Shown here piece after piece: positions 36,501 through 46,000 of a DNA stretch of 57,698 nt. The stretch is from a virus (Duplodnaviria > Caudoviricetes): positions 1 through 57,698 of IMG/VR virus record IMGVR_UViG_3300023116_000053; one strand, given 5' to 3'. The notes beneath the pieces are model-generated. The model was not told the origin of the DNA, did no database searches, and worked only from the letters and a program-made list of their open reading frames with translations. Each line of letters starts with the position of its first letter. The first letter of the stretch is position 1. A program made the translations under genes and the position numbers.

Positions 36501-36705
36501 CCAAATTGCGAAGAAAATCTGAAACCATCGGAATAATTTCTGGACACAAAGATATTTTATTGTGAATTATGTCACCACAATGAACAATAAAATCTGGGTC
36601 TTCCTCTCTTATTTTGTCATAAATTTTTTCAAAAATAATTTTATACTCTTCATGATACTTTAATAAACGGATGTGAGTGTCTGCCAAATGAATAATTTTT
36701 TTCAT
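33559..36705 (-). CDS. Fused Mre11/SbcD nuclease - Rad50/SbcC ATPase (T4 gp47-gp46 fusion)
   Basis: Metallophosphoesterase DTH, GD, GNHD, HG, GDIH; Walker A GKNYSGKS; coiled coil; signature CSGAEK; Walker B ILDEP; ISH. One continuous frame. Confidence 0.92.
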   Translation of the reverse strand: MKKIIHLADTHIRLLKYHEEYKIIFEKIYDKIREEDPDFIVHCGDIIHNKISLCPEIIPMVSDFLRNLANIAPLYILPGNHDGNLKNLQRMDSLTPIIKEMNHPNIFYSRESKEYIVDNFKLFAWSPFDKENWSVPSENDDYINICLYHGSVTGVETDIGYVFEEGEREEKDFQLFDYAFLGDIHKSNQIVGKDGRKRYSGSTIQQNFGETNDKGFLVWRIKDKRISMVKHVIVPHHKPFITIPIDENGELPKNMDIPVGSRVRLMPRANLSYDKIQYLTSLIQNNYRPEYVKFVNKHKNKTKNVDIKSSRYENIREITVQEKILKDFLKNFNISEEVKEKIFILNEQYNQEALRKDEALRDIYFEILEMEWNNLYNYGTDNKLSLENLKGVVGIFGKNYSGKSSILDSLLLGMFNSDSKQARKNIHYVNENKSLGDVKVKIKIGDNVLNIERKIEKYLKNIKKEDSLEARVEVDFTIENTKTGEVYNKTQEKRNITDEEIQKFIGTREDFLLSSMAAQNKSHVFIEQGPTDRKKTIARFLDLEFFDKKFECAKSNLKELKGYLKEDENVNFYEKKVEFEDEIAKNNENIREQKERCDELRKSLESIKSELQAKKSKIDTNIEYIDINIVDQDKQKQEQLLKSNMKSQEELKNEISDDKNMIEEYAKLLDSIDIGDIERKQKINRKKFVEITQIRNKIEQEEVKYKLKKKSAELLSEVPCGTQYPQCKFIKNAFDAKEEINLLENNLRLLKEQEKNLSNVDFVEEQQKTDEYFKIFQESLKKKQQLSSGVEKKRLVLERKGIERAKIEENIEKLLKKESEYWKYKVTLENNKKLSNEIKDLEGELRKKYDILSYCEAKHLELHSNKGKLEEQLSAMKEKENKYKNKLIEYSANELLTKAYHPNGIPFSIIKDKLSQINEEIRKCLHNIVDFDIFLEAENKKLEIFIQHPKYNPRPIEGCSGAEKSLASMALRLALLNVSSLPKSNIFILDEPGTALDIENLDGFIQMLEMIKENFQTVFLISHMEILKDVVDSVIEINNVRGFAKVNS

Positions 36706-36722
36706 TTTTTTCCCTTTTTTTG

Positions 36723-37658
36723 TTACCACATTGCCATTCGCAATTCGATATAGTTGTTGTGAGTTATCTTTTCAGCTTCCATTTTTCTTTCCAAGAACTT
36801 TTCTTTTGACATTACTCCGACATCAGAAAAACCTCTGGTGTCAACGATGTAAACATCAATGTCGTATTCTAAAAAAAATTCAATCATCTTTAATGACTTG
36901 CTGAATGCGTCTTTGTCTAATGCAACATAGACTACAGAACCGTAAAAAACAATTTTTTTAAAAAGTTTGCTATTTGTTGATATTGTAGAGCCTAAAAGCG
37001 GAATGCAAGTGTCATCTTTAATGTCAAAAAAACCCTCAACAAGAGTTATTGGTTGATACCAATTTATATTATAGTCATTAAAAATAATATCTTTAGAACA
37101 ATCTGCCACTTTGTATGATGGATATAACTTTTTTTTGTAAGACCTCCCTATAAAAAAATTTATTTCACCCTTCGAGTTGTATGATGGGATAATAATCCTT
37201 CCAGCGTATTTACCATCAACGCAACAACCCAAACCCCATTTTAAAATTTCTACATCAGACAAGCCTCTAGTATAAAAAAGATAATTGTAGGCTTCTTCGA
37301 TATTCTTGCAAGAACTATTTTTTTTATCCCACAGAGGAACAAAACATTTTGGTAATTCTACCTTTTCTTCTGCTACTTGTTCTTTCTCTTCTTCCCAAAA
37401 ACTTTCAAATGTTTGCTGTAAGCCTCCCCACATTTGTTTTTCTTTGTTTGTCCCAAACTTTCTAACAACATAAAATATGTCAGACCCATAAGCATCACAA
37501 ACCCAACACTTGTATGTATTTTTCTTAAAGTTTATAGACAACTTAGGCTTGTGGTGCATTGTGGGGCAGAATTTGCACCAAAAAAGATGCTCATCTTTGT
37601 TCGTGTGGTGAAAGTCGAGAATAGAACTCAGAATCTCTAATTTCTGCTCTTCATCCAT
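36723..37658 (-). CDS. DNA primase (DnaG / T4 gp61-like)
   Basis: Zn finger CKFC...CWVC, RIIIP, FIGRS, TOPRIM VEGFFD and LDKDA. Confidence 0.85.
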   Translation of the reverse strand: MDEEQKLEILSSILDFHHTNKDEHLFWCKFCPTMHHKPKLSINFKKNTYKCWVCDAYGSDIFYVVRKFGTNKEKQMWGGLQQTFESFWEEEKEQVAEEKVELPKCFVPLWDKKNSSCKNIEEAYNYLFYTRGLSDVEILKWGLGCCVDGKYAGRIIIPSYNSKGEINFFIGRSYKKKLYPSYKVADCSKDIIFNDYNINWYQPITLVEGFFDIKDDTCIPLLGSTISTNSKLFKKIVFYGSVVYVALDKDAFSKSLKMIEFFLEYDIDVYIVDTRGFSDVGVMSKEKFLERKMEAEKITHNNYIELRMAMW

Positions 37659-37684
37659 CCCTCATCCTTTTGATTTTTGAAATA

Positions 37685-38233
37685 TTATTTGAGGATACTC
37701 TTCTTCTTTAAAGTCTTAAGTCCAGCCAAAGAAACCATTATAGAATCTGCAATGTCATAAATGTGGTCTTTGTACGAACCAGTCCTTTTGTATTCCACAA
37801 TAAACTTTTTATTGTATTTGTCAAGTAAAAAATTTACTACTTGTATTTTTACATTATCTTTTGAAGAAGTGTTCTTTTTGAAGCCTGCTAGACTTCTTAC
37901 TGAGGAGGGGTGTAGGTGGATTGGCTCTTGTTTAAACAAATTGTAGCAATTCCAGGAAATCATTCCATTAAACTCAACTAGCATCGCTAAAACTTTTGTA
38001 TTTTTTCTTTTGTTGTCAACATTTATTAGCCTATCTTCTATAAAAACATGCTCAATGTTGTATTTTTCTTTTATCTTCTTTATTTTTTCCACAACCAAGT
38101 CGGCTTTTTCGTACAAAGAACGCTTTTTGCCTTTTGTATTTAAGATTATTGCCTCTTGCAGAACAATGTTGCCATCGTAATCTAATACTGAAACGCCAGT
38201 TATACTTGTAGAAATATCAAATCCTAAAATCAT
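37685..38233 (-). CDS. RuvC-like Holliday junction resolvase
   Basis: ILGFDISTSITG, VFIED, DIADS acidic motifs. Confidence 0.8.
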   Translation of the reverse strand: MILGFDISTSITGVSVLDYDGNIVLQEAIILNTKGKKRSLYEKADLVVEKIKKIKEKYNIEHVFIEDRLINVDNKRKNTKVLAMLVEFNGMISWNCYNLFKQEPIHLHPSSVRSLAGFKKNTSSKDNVKIQVVNFLLDKYNKKFIVEYKRTGSYKDHIYDIADSIMVSLAGLKTLKKKSILK

Positions 38234-38235
38234 TT

Positions 38236-39456
38236 TTAAAAATCATACTTTAGTTTAAAAGTTATGTCCCTGTTTGGTTTTTTTAGTGTTGGGGTTGCTA
38301 ATTTAGCAACTCCGATTAGTTTTTTGTCCTCATCGAATATTTTTATTCCCGAAATGTAGGTTCTTCTCTCAAAAGAGCCTGTAGTATTGTCGAACGAAGA
38401 AGAAACCATATTTTTTGATAACCTCTTGCCGTCTTCGATGAAGGAATCTTTTGTCACAGAAGGGCTTACAATTGAACCAGTTTGAATCGCAGTAAGGTTG
38501 TTTGAATAATTCAACTCATTCTTCTTTGCATGTGCTAACATCGTTACAGTAGGTATGGTTTCTGTGCCATTAAATTCAACATGATAGCTAGATGAAGGGG
38601 TGGAATTCCAAGAGTTTAAAATATTTGAGCCAAAATAAATCCACTTTGGGCTTGTAACTACACCAAGATAGTTTTCTGTGTGCAAAGTGTTCAAATTAGC
38701 ACTGCTTGTCAAAAACATCACCCCTTCGTTATAGAATATTATACCACAAGTATGGCCATAATTCGATGAATTTTCTGGACCAACTTGTATTAATTCCCCA
38801 TTTCTGTTCTTGTCCGACAATTCGGCAGTTAAAGTTCCAGAAATAAAAAACTTTAAACTTACAGAGCCTTTTTTAATTGTTTCCCCATAAAAAATAGACG
38901 GCACTTCTAAAACCATCATTTCCGCACTATCAAAATCGCGATTGTGCAAATTAGAAAAATATTCATAGTGTGTAGATAAGCGATAATTGCCACATATATT
39001 CTTCAAAGATTGAACGTGAGGTCGGTCTGAATTTGCCGGATAGTGTGTTGCTCTAATGCTGGCTGACATGGGGTAACTTCCGGTAATAATAGGAACTTGA
39101 GTCTGCCCTGCATTGTTTTTTACATAACTTTTGTTGAAAAAAGAAGATGATGGTATATACTTAAAAACGCTTTGATATGAATTGTTTGTCTTGTAAACAA
39201 AAGGTCGAATTAGATTTTTATTTCCAGTATCAGTATCTGCATTATAAGTGTCCTTAGATTCATCTCTATCAACATTTAATTCGTAAAGACTCAAATATCC
39301 ACTAGGCACTAAATTGATGTCGCCCGAAAAATTACCACTAACGTGCTTGGTATCATTATATATTCTAACGCCTTCATACAGAAAAAAAGAATTTTTTGGA
39401 TAAGTTTTAATTTTCGAATAAAATATATCATTGTCGCTAAACTTAAAAATGCTCAT
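38236..39456 (-). CDS. Probable baseplate/tail structural protein
   Basis: FYGETIKKGSV, GIIFYNEG, NYSNN, KLIGVAKLATP, TFKLKYDF; related to 39542-40603. Confidence 0.5.
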   Translation of the reverse strand: MSIFKFSDNDIFYSKIKTYPKNSFFLYEGVRIYNDTKHVSGNFSGDINLVPSGYLSLYELNVDRDESKDTYNADTDTGNKNLIRPFVYKTNNSYQSVFKYIPSSSFFNKSYVKNNAGQTQVPIITGSYPMSASIRATHYPANSDRPHVQSLKNICGNYRLSTHYEYFSNLHNRDFDSAEMMVLEVPSIFYGETIKKGSVSLKFFISGTLTAELSDKNRNGELIQVGPENSSNYGHTCGIIFYNEGVMFLTSSANLNTLHTENYLGVVTSPKWIYFGSNILNSWNSTPSSSYHVEFNGTETIPTVTMLAHAKKNELNYSNNLTAIQTGSIVSPSVTKDSFIEDGKRLSKNMVSSSFDNTTGSFERRTYISGIKIFDEDKKLIGVAKLATPTLKKPNRDITFKLKYDF

Positions 39457-39482
39457 AAATACACCCTTTTTTATATAAATAT

Positions 39483-39515
39483 AAAAAAACCTTCGCCCGA
39501 CAAGAACGAAGGTTT
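39483..39515 (-). terminator. Rho-independent terminator
   Basis: Stem AAACCTTCG/CGAAGGTTT running into a T7 tract on the minus strand. Confidence 0.75.
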
Positions 39516-39541
39516 AATAATATTAAAAACATTTGTTTTTT

Positions 39542-40603
39542 TTAGAAATCTGCTCTCAATCTCAAAGTGATGTCAGATTCACCGCCAGATTTCTTTAAAG
39601 GCTCAGATAGTTTAGCCACCATCAAAAGTTCATTGGCAGCATTATATAGTCCAACTCCCGTAATATATGATACCGGAGCGTCTTGTGCTACATTTTTCAC
39701 CCTTATTTTTGAATTTTCAAGATATGTTGGGTTACTTGAGTAGTTAAATTCATTATGCCCAATTCTACAGAAATAAATTGTGGAATTTAATTCCACATCA
39801 TTGTTAAAGGTGCAATCGAACCACCTTTGTCTGAATCCATCACATGCAGCAGAAATAGCAGAACCTGTAAGTGTGTCGTCTATGTCAATTGCATATGTCA
39901 CATGCGACCCCGAAGTGTATTCGACCGCTCCAGATATAAGACCTGAAAACAATGAAGCAGTCAACACTGCTATCCCAGCCTGATAATAAACCAACCCAAC
40001 ATTACTGCCGTTCACCGCTGAACCTGTTGCGCTTGAGGCAGATAGTATCCCATATTCCCCAGCAGGAGAATTAGTTTTCCAACTGGATGTTGCTGCCGTA
40101 TCTTTTATAGAAATTCTAGAAGTCATTGCTGCATTATATGAATTGCCGTCACCTAACGTCAAATCAAAAGAACCTTTTTTAATCCCATCTTTTGTCAATA
40201 ATCTAGCAAAATTAATAAAAATTACTTCTTTTAGTTTTGTACCTCCGGTTAAATCTCCGTCTGCATCAAAATCTCTCACGGAACCTGTAGCGTCTACACC
40301 AACTAATATTTTCGCCATTTGATTATAAATGTTGATTTTATCTGAATTTTGATTGTTTGTGGAAGAGGACAAATCAGAATTATTAGAATACCCAACTGTA
40401 ATATCGAAAATTGGATTCGCTGAAGAACTTAAATAAGGATAATCATACACTTGCTGGAAAAGTCCGTGAGAAAAATTCTTAATATTGTTGTTTGAGTAAG
40501 CACCAGAAACAATCAACGCTCCAGTGATTGGCACAGATTCGTGCAATATGGTTCGAATTGTGGTCATATCATCTTTGTTGAAATTTTTATATGTAGTAGC
40601 CAT
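39542..40603 (-). CDS. Probable baseplate/tail structural protein
   Basis: IKKGSF, VGLVYYQAG, EFNYSSNPT, ITGVGLYN..ELLMVAKLSEP, RLRADF. Confidence 0.55.
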   Translation of the reverse strand: MATTYKNFNKDDMTTIRTILHESVPITGALIVSGAYSNNNIKNFSHGLFQQVYDYPYLSSSANPIFDITVGYSNNSDLSSSTNNQNSDKINIYNQMAKILVGVDATGSVRDFDADGDLTGGTKLKEVIFINFARLLTKDGIKKGSFDLTLGDGNSYNAAMTSRISIKDTAATSSWKTNSPAGEYGILSASSATGSAVNGSNVGLVYYQAGIAVLTASLFSGLISGAVEYTSGSHVTYAIDIDDTLTGSAISAACDGFRQRWFDCTFNNDVELNSTIYFCRIGHNEFNYSSNPTYLENSKIRVKNVAQDAPVSYITGVGLYNAANELLMVAKLSEPLKKSGGESDITLRLRADF

Positions 40604-40619
40604 TTTTATATCCTATTTT

Positions 40620-41387
40620 TTATTCTATTATATTTAAATATTTTGGTGGAATTGAACCATATATAATTATAGTATTGGGACTCAAATCTTGTGATATATA
40701 ATAATCATAACACGATTCATCATTTTCTATATCAAGTTTCCAAGCCAATCTTCTATAAGCATCTTGTATTTCGAACCCTGGTTCTCTTTCAATTGGATGT
40801 ATAAGGTTGTCTTCGTACATTTGTTTAATGTTGATTTCAAGCAAAATATCTCCATATATACCATGAATCTCTTCTGATTCGGTACTTGTGAAGACTGCAC
40901 TGCATATGTGACGATTCTGGGTTCCTCTTGTCTTGCATCGAGGGTTCAACCCTTCTTCCATAATAGATTCGATATTTTCTTCATCTGTGGCGTGGTAAAC
41001 CGAACCTGTATGCTTCCAAAAATCTGCATTAAAATTTTCTGAGAAATCTTCAACATAATTGAAGACAGAATCGTCCAAGTCACCAAACCAATCGCATACT
41101 GGCACAAATTCTATGTAATTTAAGTCATCAGCAATGTATTTTTCGAAATCTTTTTCTATACATAGCAGACCTTCCGCATCATCCCATAAGTGCGGAATGA
41201 GTACATAATCTACCCCAAGTTGTTTTAAAATAGGCTCAACTTTCTCCCAAGGCTCACCAAACCCTCCAAAAAGTCCATCAAAAATTTCTTCCGCTTGGTC
41301 GTCGTTGTATTTTAAAGGGAGTTCTAATTGTTTCATTTCTTCAACAATGCAGCGTTTGATTTTTTCAAACAAATTTCCTTTCATCAT
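40620..41387 (-). CDS. Leader-bearing ART-fold (Tpt1/KptA-like) protein
   Basis: VYHATDEENIESIMEEGLNP, AVFTST, YGDILLEI, IPPKYL. Confidence 0.55.
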   Translation of the reverse strand: MMKGNLFEKIKRCIVEEMKQLELPLKYNDDQAEEIFDGLFGGFGEPWEKVEPILKQLGVDYVLIPHLWDDAEGLLCIEKDFEKYIADDLNYIEFVPVCDWFGDLDDSVFNYVEDFSENFNADFWKHTGSVYHATDEENIESIMEEGLNPRCKTRGTQNRHICSAVFTSTESEEIHGIYGDILLEINIKQMYEDNLIHPIEREPGFEIQDAYRRLAWKLDIENDESCYDYYISQDLSPNTIIIYGSIPPKYLNIIE

Positions 41388-42322
41388 TAAACTATCTTTA
41401 CGAACCTAACAGGTATGTCCACTCGATAACCTGTCGTTACACCTTTTACTTTCACGATTGTATCAATATATTTCGCTGTTTTAGAGCCTGTGTGGTTTCC
41501 GTTAATATTTGTTGCAGCAGTTGAGCCACCAATTTCGTCAAACAAACTTTCCGAACTGTTTAGAAGTTGTGACGCTTTAATTCTAAATTCCAAATAAGAA
41601 CCTCTAGGCCCAGCCACTGCAACTAATCCTACTAAATTTTTTGACGTGTCCATATACTTAACCATGTCTTGATTGACATCCGTTATGTTATAAAAAGCTA
41701 TTTCGTCGTCATCAATTTGGCTAGGAGTCTGTTGCACCCCGGTTGTAGACATAACGGTCCCAAGGCGATTGTCAATTTCAATCATATATTGAGATTCAAG
41801 TAAGTCTGCATCTAAAGTATTTTGATACGATATATCAGTAGTATCTAATCCTTGGTCAACTCTGATATAGCCACCGGACTTGCCTTCTGTCCCTCGTATT
41901 AAACCTTGAACCGTTGATTCGTACACTCCAATAGAAAGGTCTGTTTCTTCAGAATTTTCATCAACTAATACAATAAAAGTTTCGAGCGAACTATGTCGTG
42001 CTGTTTTTGTTCCGTCTGCGTTCTCGCTCAATTTAACTACAGGAAGGTAAAGCAAATTTTTCCTTGGTATAGAAAGCAATGTAGATTGCATTGTCGTAGT
42101 GTTGTTGGTAAAAGCCTCTAAGACAGGAGTTGTTAAAATATCCAAATCATAATAAGCAGAACCACTTGGGTGGTTTTTGTTATACTTGGAATAGTCAATT
42201 TCGTCGTCACTTAGAGCAAACTTTACAATTTCAAAGCCCCTACCTTGCGCGAGTCGATAGCGACCTAAGTCGGTTAATACGACATCCAACTCTATCTCAC
42301 CATCATTTCTTAAGAATCCCAT
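41387..42322 (-). CDS. Probable baseplate structural protein
   Basis: DVVLTDLGR.RLAQG..FALSDDEIDY; N-term similar to 49758-50705. Confidence 0.5.
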   Translation of the reverse strand: MGFLRNDGEIELDVVLTDLGRYRLAQGRGFEIVKFALSDDEIDYSKYNKNHPSGSAYYDLDILTTPVLEAFTNNTTTMQSTLLSIPRKNLLYLPVVKLSENADGTKTARHSSLETFIVLVDENSEETDLSIGVYESTVQGLIRGTEGKSGGYIRVDQGLDTTDISYQNTLDADLLESQYMIEIDNRLGTVMSTTGVQQTPSQIDDDEIAFYNITDVNQDMVKYMDTSKNLVGLVAVAGPRGSYLEFRIKASQLLNSSESLFDEIGGSTAATNINGNHTGSKTAKYIDTIVKVKGVTTGYRVDIPVRFVKIV

Positions 42323-42334
42323 ATTTTTATCCTT

Positions 42335-45250
42335 TTATTTTTTGTGTTCGTGTTTATATCTAAAATTAATGTCTATTTTTTTACCAGTTTTCTTGCTGGT
42401 AATTCTCATTTTATATTGTTTGTCCAAAACTGATTCTTTTTGGGTTCCAACCCTTGGAATAGAATCAATTGCGCTCTTTCTACTTTTTATGCTAGTCAAA
42501 TCCAACTCTGTTTGTAAAAATGAAGGCTGAAGTGTTATGTTTTTTTGCACTTTTTTGTCACCAATTCTTATTTTCTCTTCATCAAATTTGAATATATTGA
42601 CTTCTAAATAAGAAAAACCTCCATCATTAACCATTTCTACTTCATAAATAGAAGATGGATTAGATTTATGTTCATGAATGTCAACACTCCTAAACATATA
42701 ATAATATTTTTGATTGGGCATTATTTTGTGCAGAACAGAGGCAGCAGAAGCAAAATTTTTAGTTTGTATATCTTGGCTTTTTCCAACAAAATCAAGAATA
42801 TTTTTCGGCTTTTTGTCTAAACGGTAGATTTTGTATCGCCTCACAGGGTCGTCGCTTTTAAATTTTACAGTATCTTCTTTTCTTAAGTTATCAGGCAAAC
42901 TATTGTAGTAATCTTCCTCTTGTTCCGTCATTGCAATCGGTACTTCATAAGATTCTCCGGTGTTGGAGCGCATATTTATTTGTATTGTGTCATCAACATT
43001 AATAAACGAAACAAATTCAACTTCTGGAGACACTGGAGGTGCGTCCAATATTTTTCCAGAAAAAGAATAATAAAGAGTTTCTACTAAATAAAAATTTGGA
43101 GCATATCTGACTGTAAATTCGGCCAATGGAGGTGTGTATTTTTCAACTGCACCTCTAGTTGTTTGTGGTGGTATTGAAGCAGCGACAACGCCAGCAGCAA
43201 CAGTTCTCCCAGGTGTTGTTGTTTCATAAGGTGTGCTTGTAAAGTTATTTGTGAAAAACAATTCTTCGTAATGATAATTTGTTGCTAAAACAATATTATA
43301 AGCATATACCTCGTATCTATAGTTTTTCGCATATTTTGCTTGTGAATCCACCCACTGAACGATTTTTTCTTTTGAATCGTTTGCTACATAAAAATTTTGT
43401 ACAACTTCGTTTTTATCTAAATTAATTTTTTCAATTCGATAAAAAACTTGTTCCGCGTGGCATTCTCTCGCAAGCGTCAACATATCTGAAAATTTTCTAT
43501 TTTTTTCTTTTATTAATTTTTTTATTTTTCCAGAAAACGCCAAAAACATTACTGTTCTGAAGAACTTCCAAGCTTTTTGGTTTCTGTTTTTTAATTCCAA
43601 AGGATAAGAACCTAAAAATGTAGTTAAATCAGTTTCATCTGTTTCAAATATCTCCAATGCCTTTGAGTTTTCTAATTTTTCTTTCCCAGCCTCAAATTTA
43701 TTGAACATTTCAATCCACTTTGAGACATCCCAAACACCGTACCTCTTATTCTCAATTGAATTTTTCAATTCTTTTGTCTTGTAAAATAAAGAACTTTGTT
43801 CTATAAAATTGTCAAAAAAACTTAAATTTTTATCTTTTAATATGTTTTTCGCAACATCAATTTGGCTTGATTCAGGGACACTTGGCAACTCAGGAATGTC
43901 TGGGATTTCTAGAATTTTTGCTAATTTGATTGTTTCGGGAACATCTGGGACAAGTTCATTCAGTAACAGTTTTGGCTTGTTTAAAATGACATAGTTCATT
44001 AATGAGGGCATTAAATTAGATATTTCTAAAGATTCTAAAAATTGCTGCTCGATATTCAGAACACTTTGATTTGGAAAAGAAATGTCAACAGTCATAGGAA
44101 ACAAAGTTCTTTTGTTGAATATTGTTTTATTAAAGTCTAAGTCTTTCGATGTTAAAATTGTGTTTGTAAAAGCATTTTTTAAATATTCTTTTGATGCTGC
44201 CGGTACATTTTTTATACTTTTCCCCCACTGGTCAAAATAATCATACTCATACGTTTTTTTTCTTACATCGTATGTTGCGTATACAATCGAAGAAGGAGGC
44301 AAATTACCGATAGTATTAGAAGCAACATCTGTCGTTGGAGTTGGAAAATTCCTATCTCTTTTGCTTGCTGGCATGGCTCCATCCAAAGAGATTAAATCGA
44401 AAAACCTTTTAACGCTATTTTCTTTGTAAAAATTTTCACTTTTGCTGTTTTCGATTTCAGAAAACCAAGCATAAAAATTAGGCAACAAAGCTACAGGAAT
44501 GTTTCTATTTTTTATAGAATTTTCATATTCTTGCACATAAAAGTGATAACTAAAATCCCAATCTGCTCTATATCTACTATTGTCTGCAATGTCAAAATCT
44601 TTAATATCTTGCTTGTTAAACGGAGCAAAATAATTAAAGTATATGTCTTTGTATTCTTTGTTCACTTGAATATACTTTGCTATATTAGATTTGAAAGAGT
44701 TGAATTCTTCGTAGCCAAATTTGTCAATTTTCGTATCCAATGCTGCCTTAGTTTTAGCCTCTCTTGGGTTATTTTTGTTGCTTTTTGAATCCAAAGATTT
44801 TCCAACAATTTTAATTTTTGCCTTTCTTGCCTCAAATATAGAACTGGATGTGTCTCTCTCGTCATCTTGGAAAAAAAACTCATATCTAAGGCGATTTAAG
44901 AAAACTTCTTCTTCTTTGCTGCCCTCAGACCAAACATAGTATAAATCGCTGCCAGTCTCCTTCTTAACGCTGTTCCAATAGTACCCACCAAGCCTTCTAA
45001 GTCCATCTTTGGTGTTTTCTCCATACATATCATCAAGAATGATTTTTTTGTTTTTGAAATCTACTTTTTTTGTGGTATCAGACTTAGGTTGTTTTTTTGG
45101 TTGTTCGCCTTCTTTGCAAAAATCTGGATTGTGGTCTGTTACTCCATTCTCGTCTGGAACAAAGTTGGTTTTTAAAACAGGTGGGTTTGCAAGTAAATTT
45201 TCTTTCTTACAACCCACCTTACGTTGAATTTTGTCTCTACAGATTGACAT
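42335..45250 (-). CDS. Large hypothetical protein (probably virion)
   Basis: 971-aa ORF; C-term FN3-like strands (KYYYMFRSVD.H...SNPS). Confidence 0.55.
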   Translation of the reverse strand: MSICRDKIQRKVGCKKENLLANPPVLKTNFVPDENGVTDHNPDFCKEGEQPKKQPKSDTTKKVDFKNKKIILDDMYGENTKDGLRRLGGYYWNSVKKETGSDLYYVWSEGSKEEEVFLNRLRYEFFFQDDERDTSSSIFEARKAKIKIVGKSLDSKSNKNNPREAKTKAALDTKIDKFGYEEFNSFKSNIAKYIQVNKEYKDIYFNYFAPFNKQDIKDFDIADNSRYRADWDFSYHFYVQEYENSIKNRNIPVALLPNFYAWFSEIENSKSENFYKENSVKRFFDLISLDGAMPASKRDRNFPTPTTDVASNTIGNLPPSSIVYATYDVRKKTYEYDYFDQWGKSIKNVPAASKEYLKNAFTNTILTSKDLDFNKTIFNKRTLFPMTVDISFPNQSVLNIEQQFLESLEISNLMPSLMNYVILNKPKLLLNELVPDVPETIKLAKILEIPDIPELPSVPESSQIDVAKNILKDKNLSFFDNFIEQSSLFYKTKELKNSIENKRYGVWDVSKWIEMFNKFEAGKEKLENSKALEIFETDETDLTTFLGSYPLELKNRNQKAWKFFRTVMFLAFSGKIKKLIKEKNRKFSDMLTLARECHAEQVFYRIEKINLDKNEVVQNFYVANDSKEKIVQWVDSQAKYAKNYRYEVYAYNIVLATNYHYEELFFTNNFTSTPYETTTPGRTVAAGVVAASIPPQTTRGAVEKYTPPLAEFTVRYAPNFYLVETLYYSFSGKILDAPPVSPEVEFVSFINVDDTIQINMRSNTGESYEVPIAMTEQEEDYYNSLPDNLRKEDTVKFKSDDPVRRYKIYRLDKKPKNILDFVGKSQDIQTKNFASAASVLHKIMPNQKYYYMFRSVDIHEHKSNPSSIYEVEMVNDGGFSYLEVNIFKFDEEKIRIGDKKVQKNITLQPSFLQTELDLTSIKSRKSAIDSIPRVGTQKESVLDKQYKMRITSKKTGKKIDINFRYKHEHKK

Positions 45251-45273
45251 TTTTTTTCGTTTTTCCTTAAAGA

Positions 45274-45978
45274 TTAGTCAAACAATGCATCTTCTAGTTC
45301 ATCTCTCGCCTTCAATGCTGCTCTATCTACATCTTCTAAATATTGTTTGTACCTTGGATTGTTTTTCGCTGATTCACGAACTTCCGGTTCTGGGTCTTTA
45401 ATTAAGATTAACAATGCTTTAATTGGACAATTTATATTTCCAGCAACATTATCTCTGACAAGTTTATCTGTATCTCCACTCAATTTCCATAATGCTTCAG
45501 GTGGAGAATTTAAATTCAAAGCAACAAAATGTCTGACACCGTCCTTTGTATCTCCACTCAATTTTAACAATATTTCAGGTGGAGCATTTCTATTACTAGC
45601 AACTCCCATTCTGACAATCCATTTTGTATCTCCACTCAATTTTATCAATATTTCAGGTGGAGTATTTGTATTACCAGCAACAAGAGATCTGACATAATCA
45701 TTTGTATCTCCACTCAATTTTATCAATGCTTCAGGTGGACAATTTATATTACGAGCAACATTCTTTCTGACACCATCATTTGTATCTCCACTCAATTTTA
45801 ACAATATTTCAGGTGGAGAATTGAAATTACCAGCAACAGCCTTTCTGACTTTAAAGTCATCATGCTCACTCAACTCAAAAAGCCTCTCTGGGGTTGTATT
45901 CCACCAATCTTCCGCTTCTTCTACACTTTCTTTGAGTATTCTAAGAATTTCTTCTTTGATTATTTTTTTTATTGACAT
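45274..45978 (-). CDS. Leader-bearing HEAT/LRV-like repeat protein A
   Basis: About seven 24-aa (72-bp) repeats PPEILxKLSGDTxxxVRxxVAxNxN. Confidence 0.85.
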   Translation of the reverse strand: MSIKKIIKEEILRILKESVEEAEDWWNTTPERLFELSEHDDFKVRKAVAGNFNSPPEILLKLSGDTNDGVRKNVARNINCPPEALIKLSGDTNDYVRSLVAGNTNTPPEILIKLSGDTKWIVRMGVASNRNAPPEILLKLSGDTKDGVRHFVALNLNSPPEALWKLSGDTDKLVRDNVAGNINCPIKALLILIKDPEPEVRESAKNNPRYKQYLEDVDRAALKARDELEDALFD

Positions 45979-46000
45979 TTTTTTCGTTTTTCCTTAAAGA

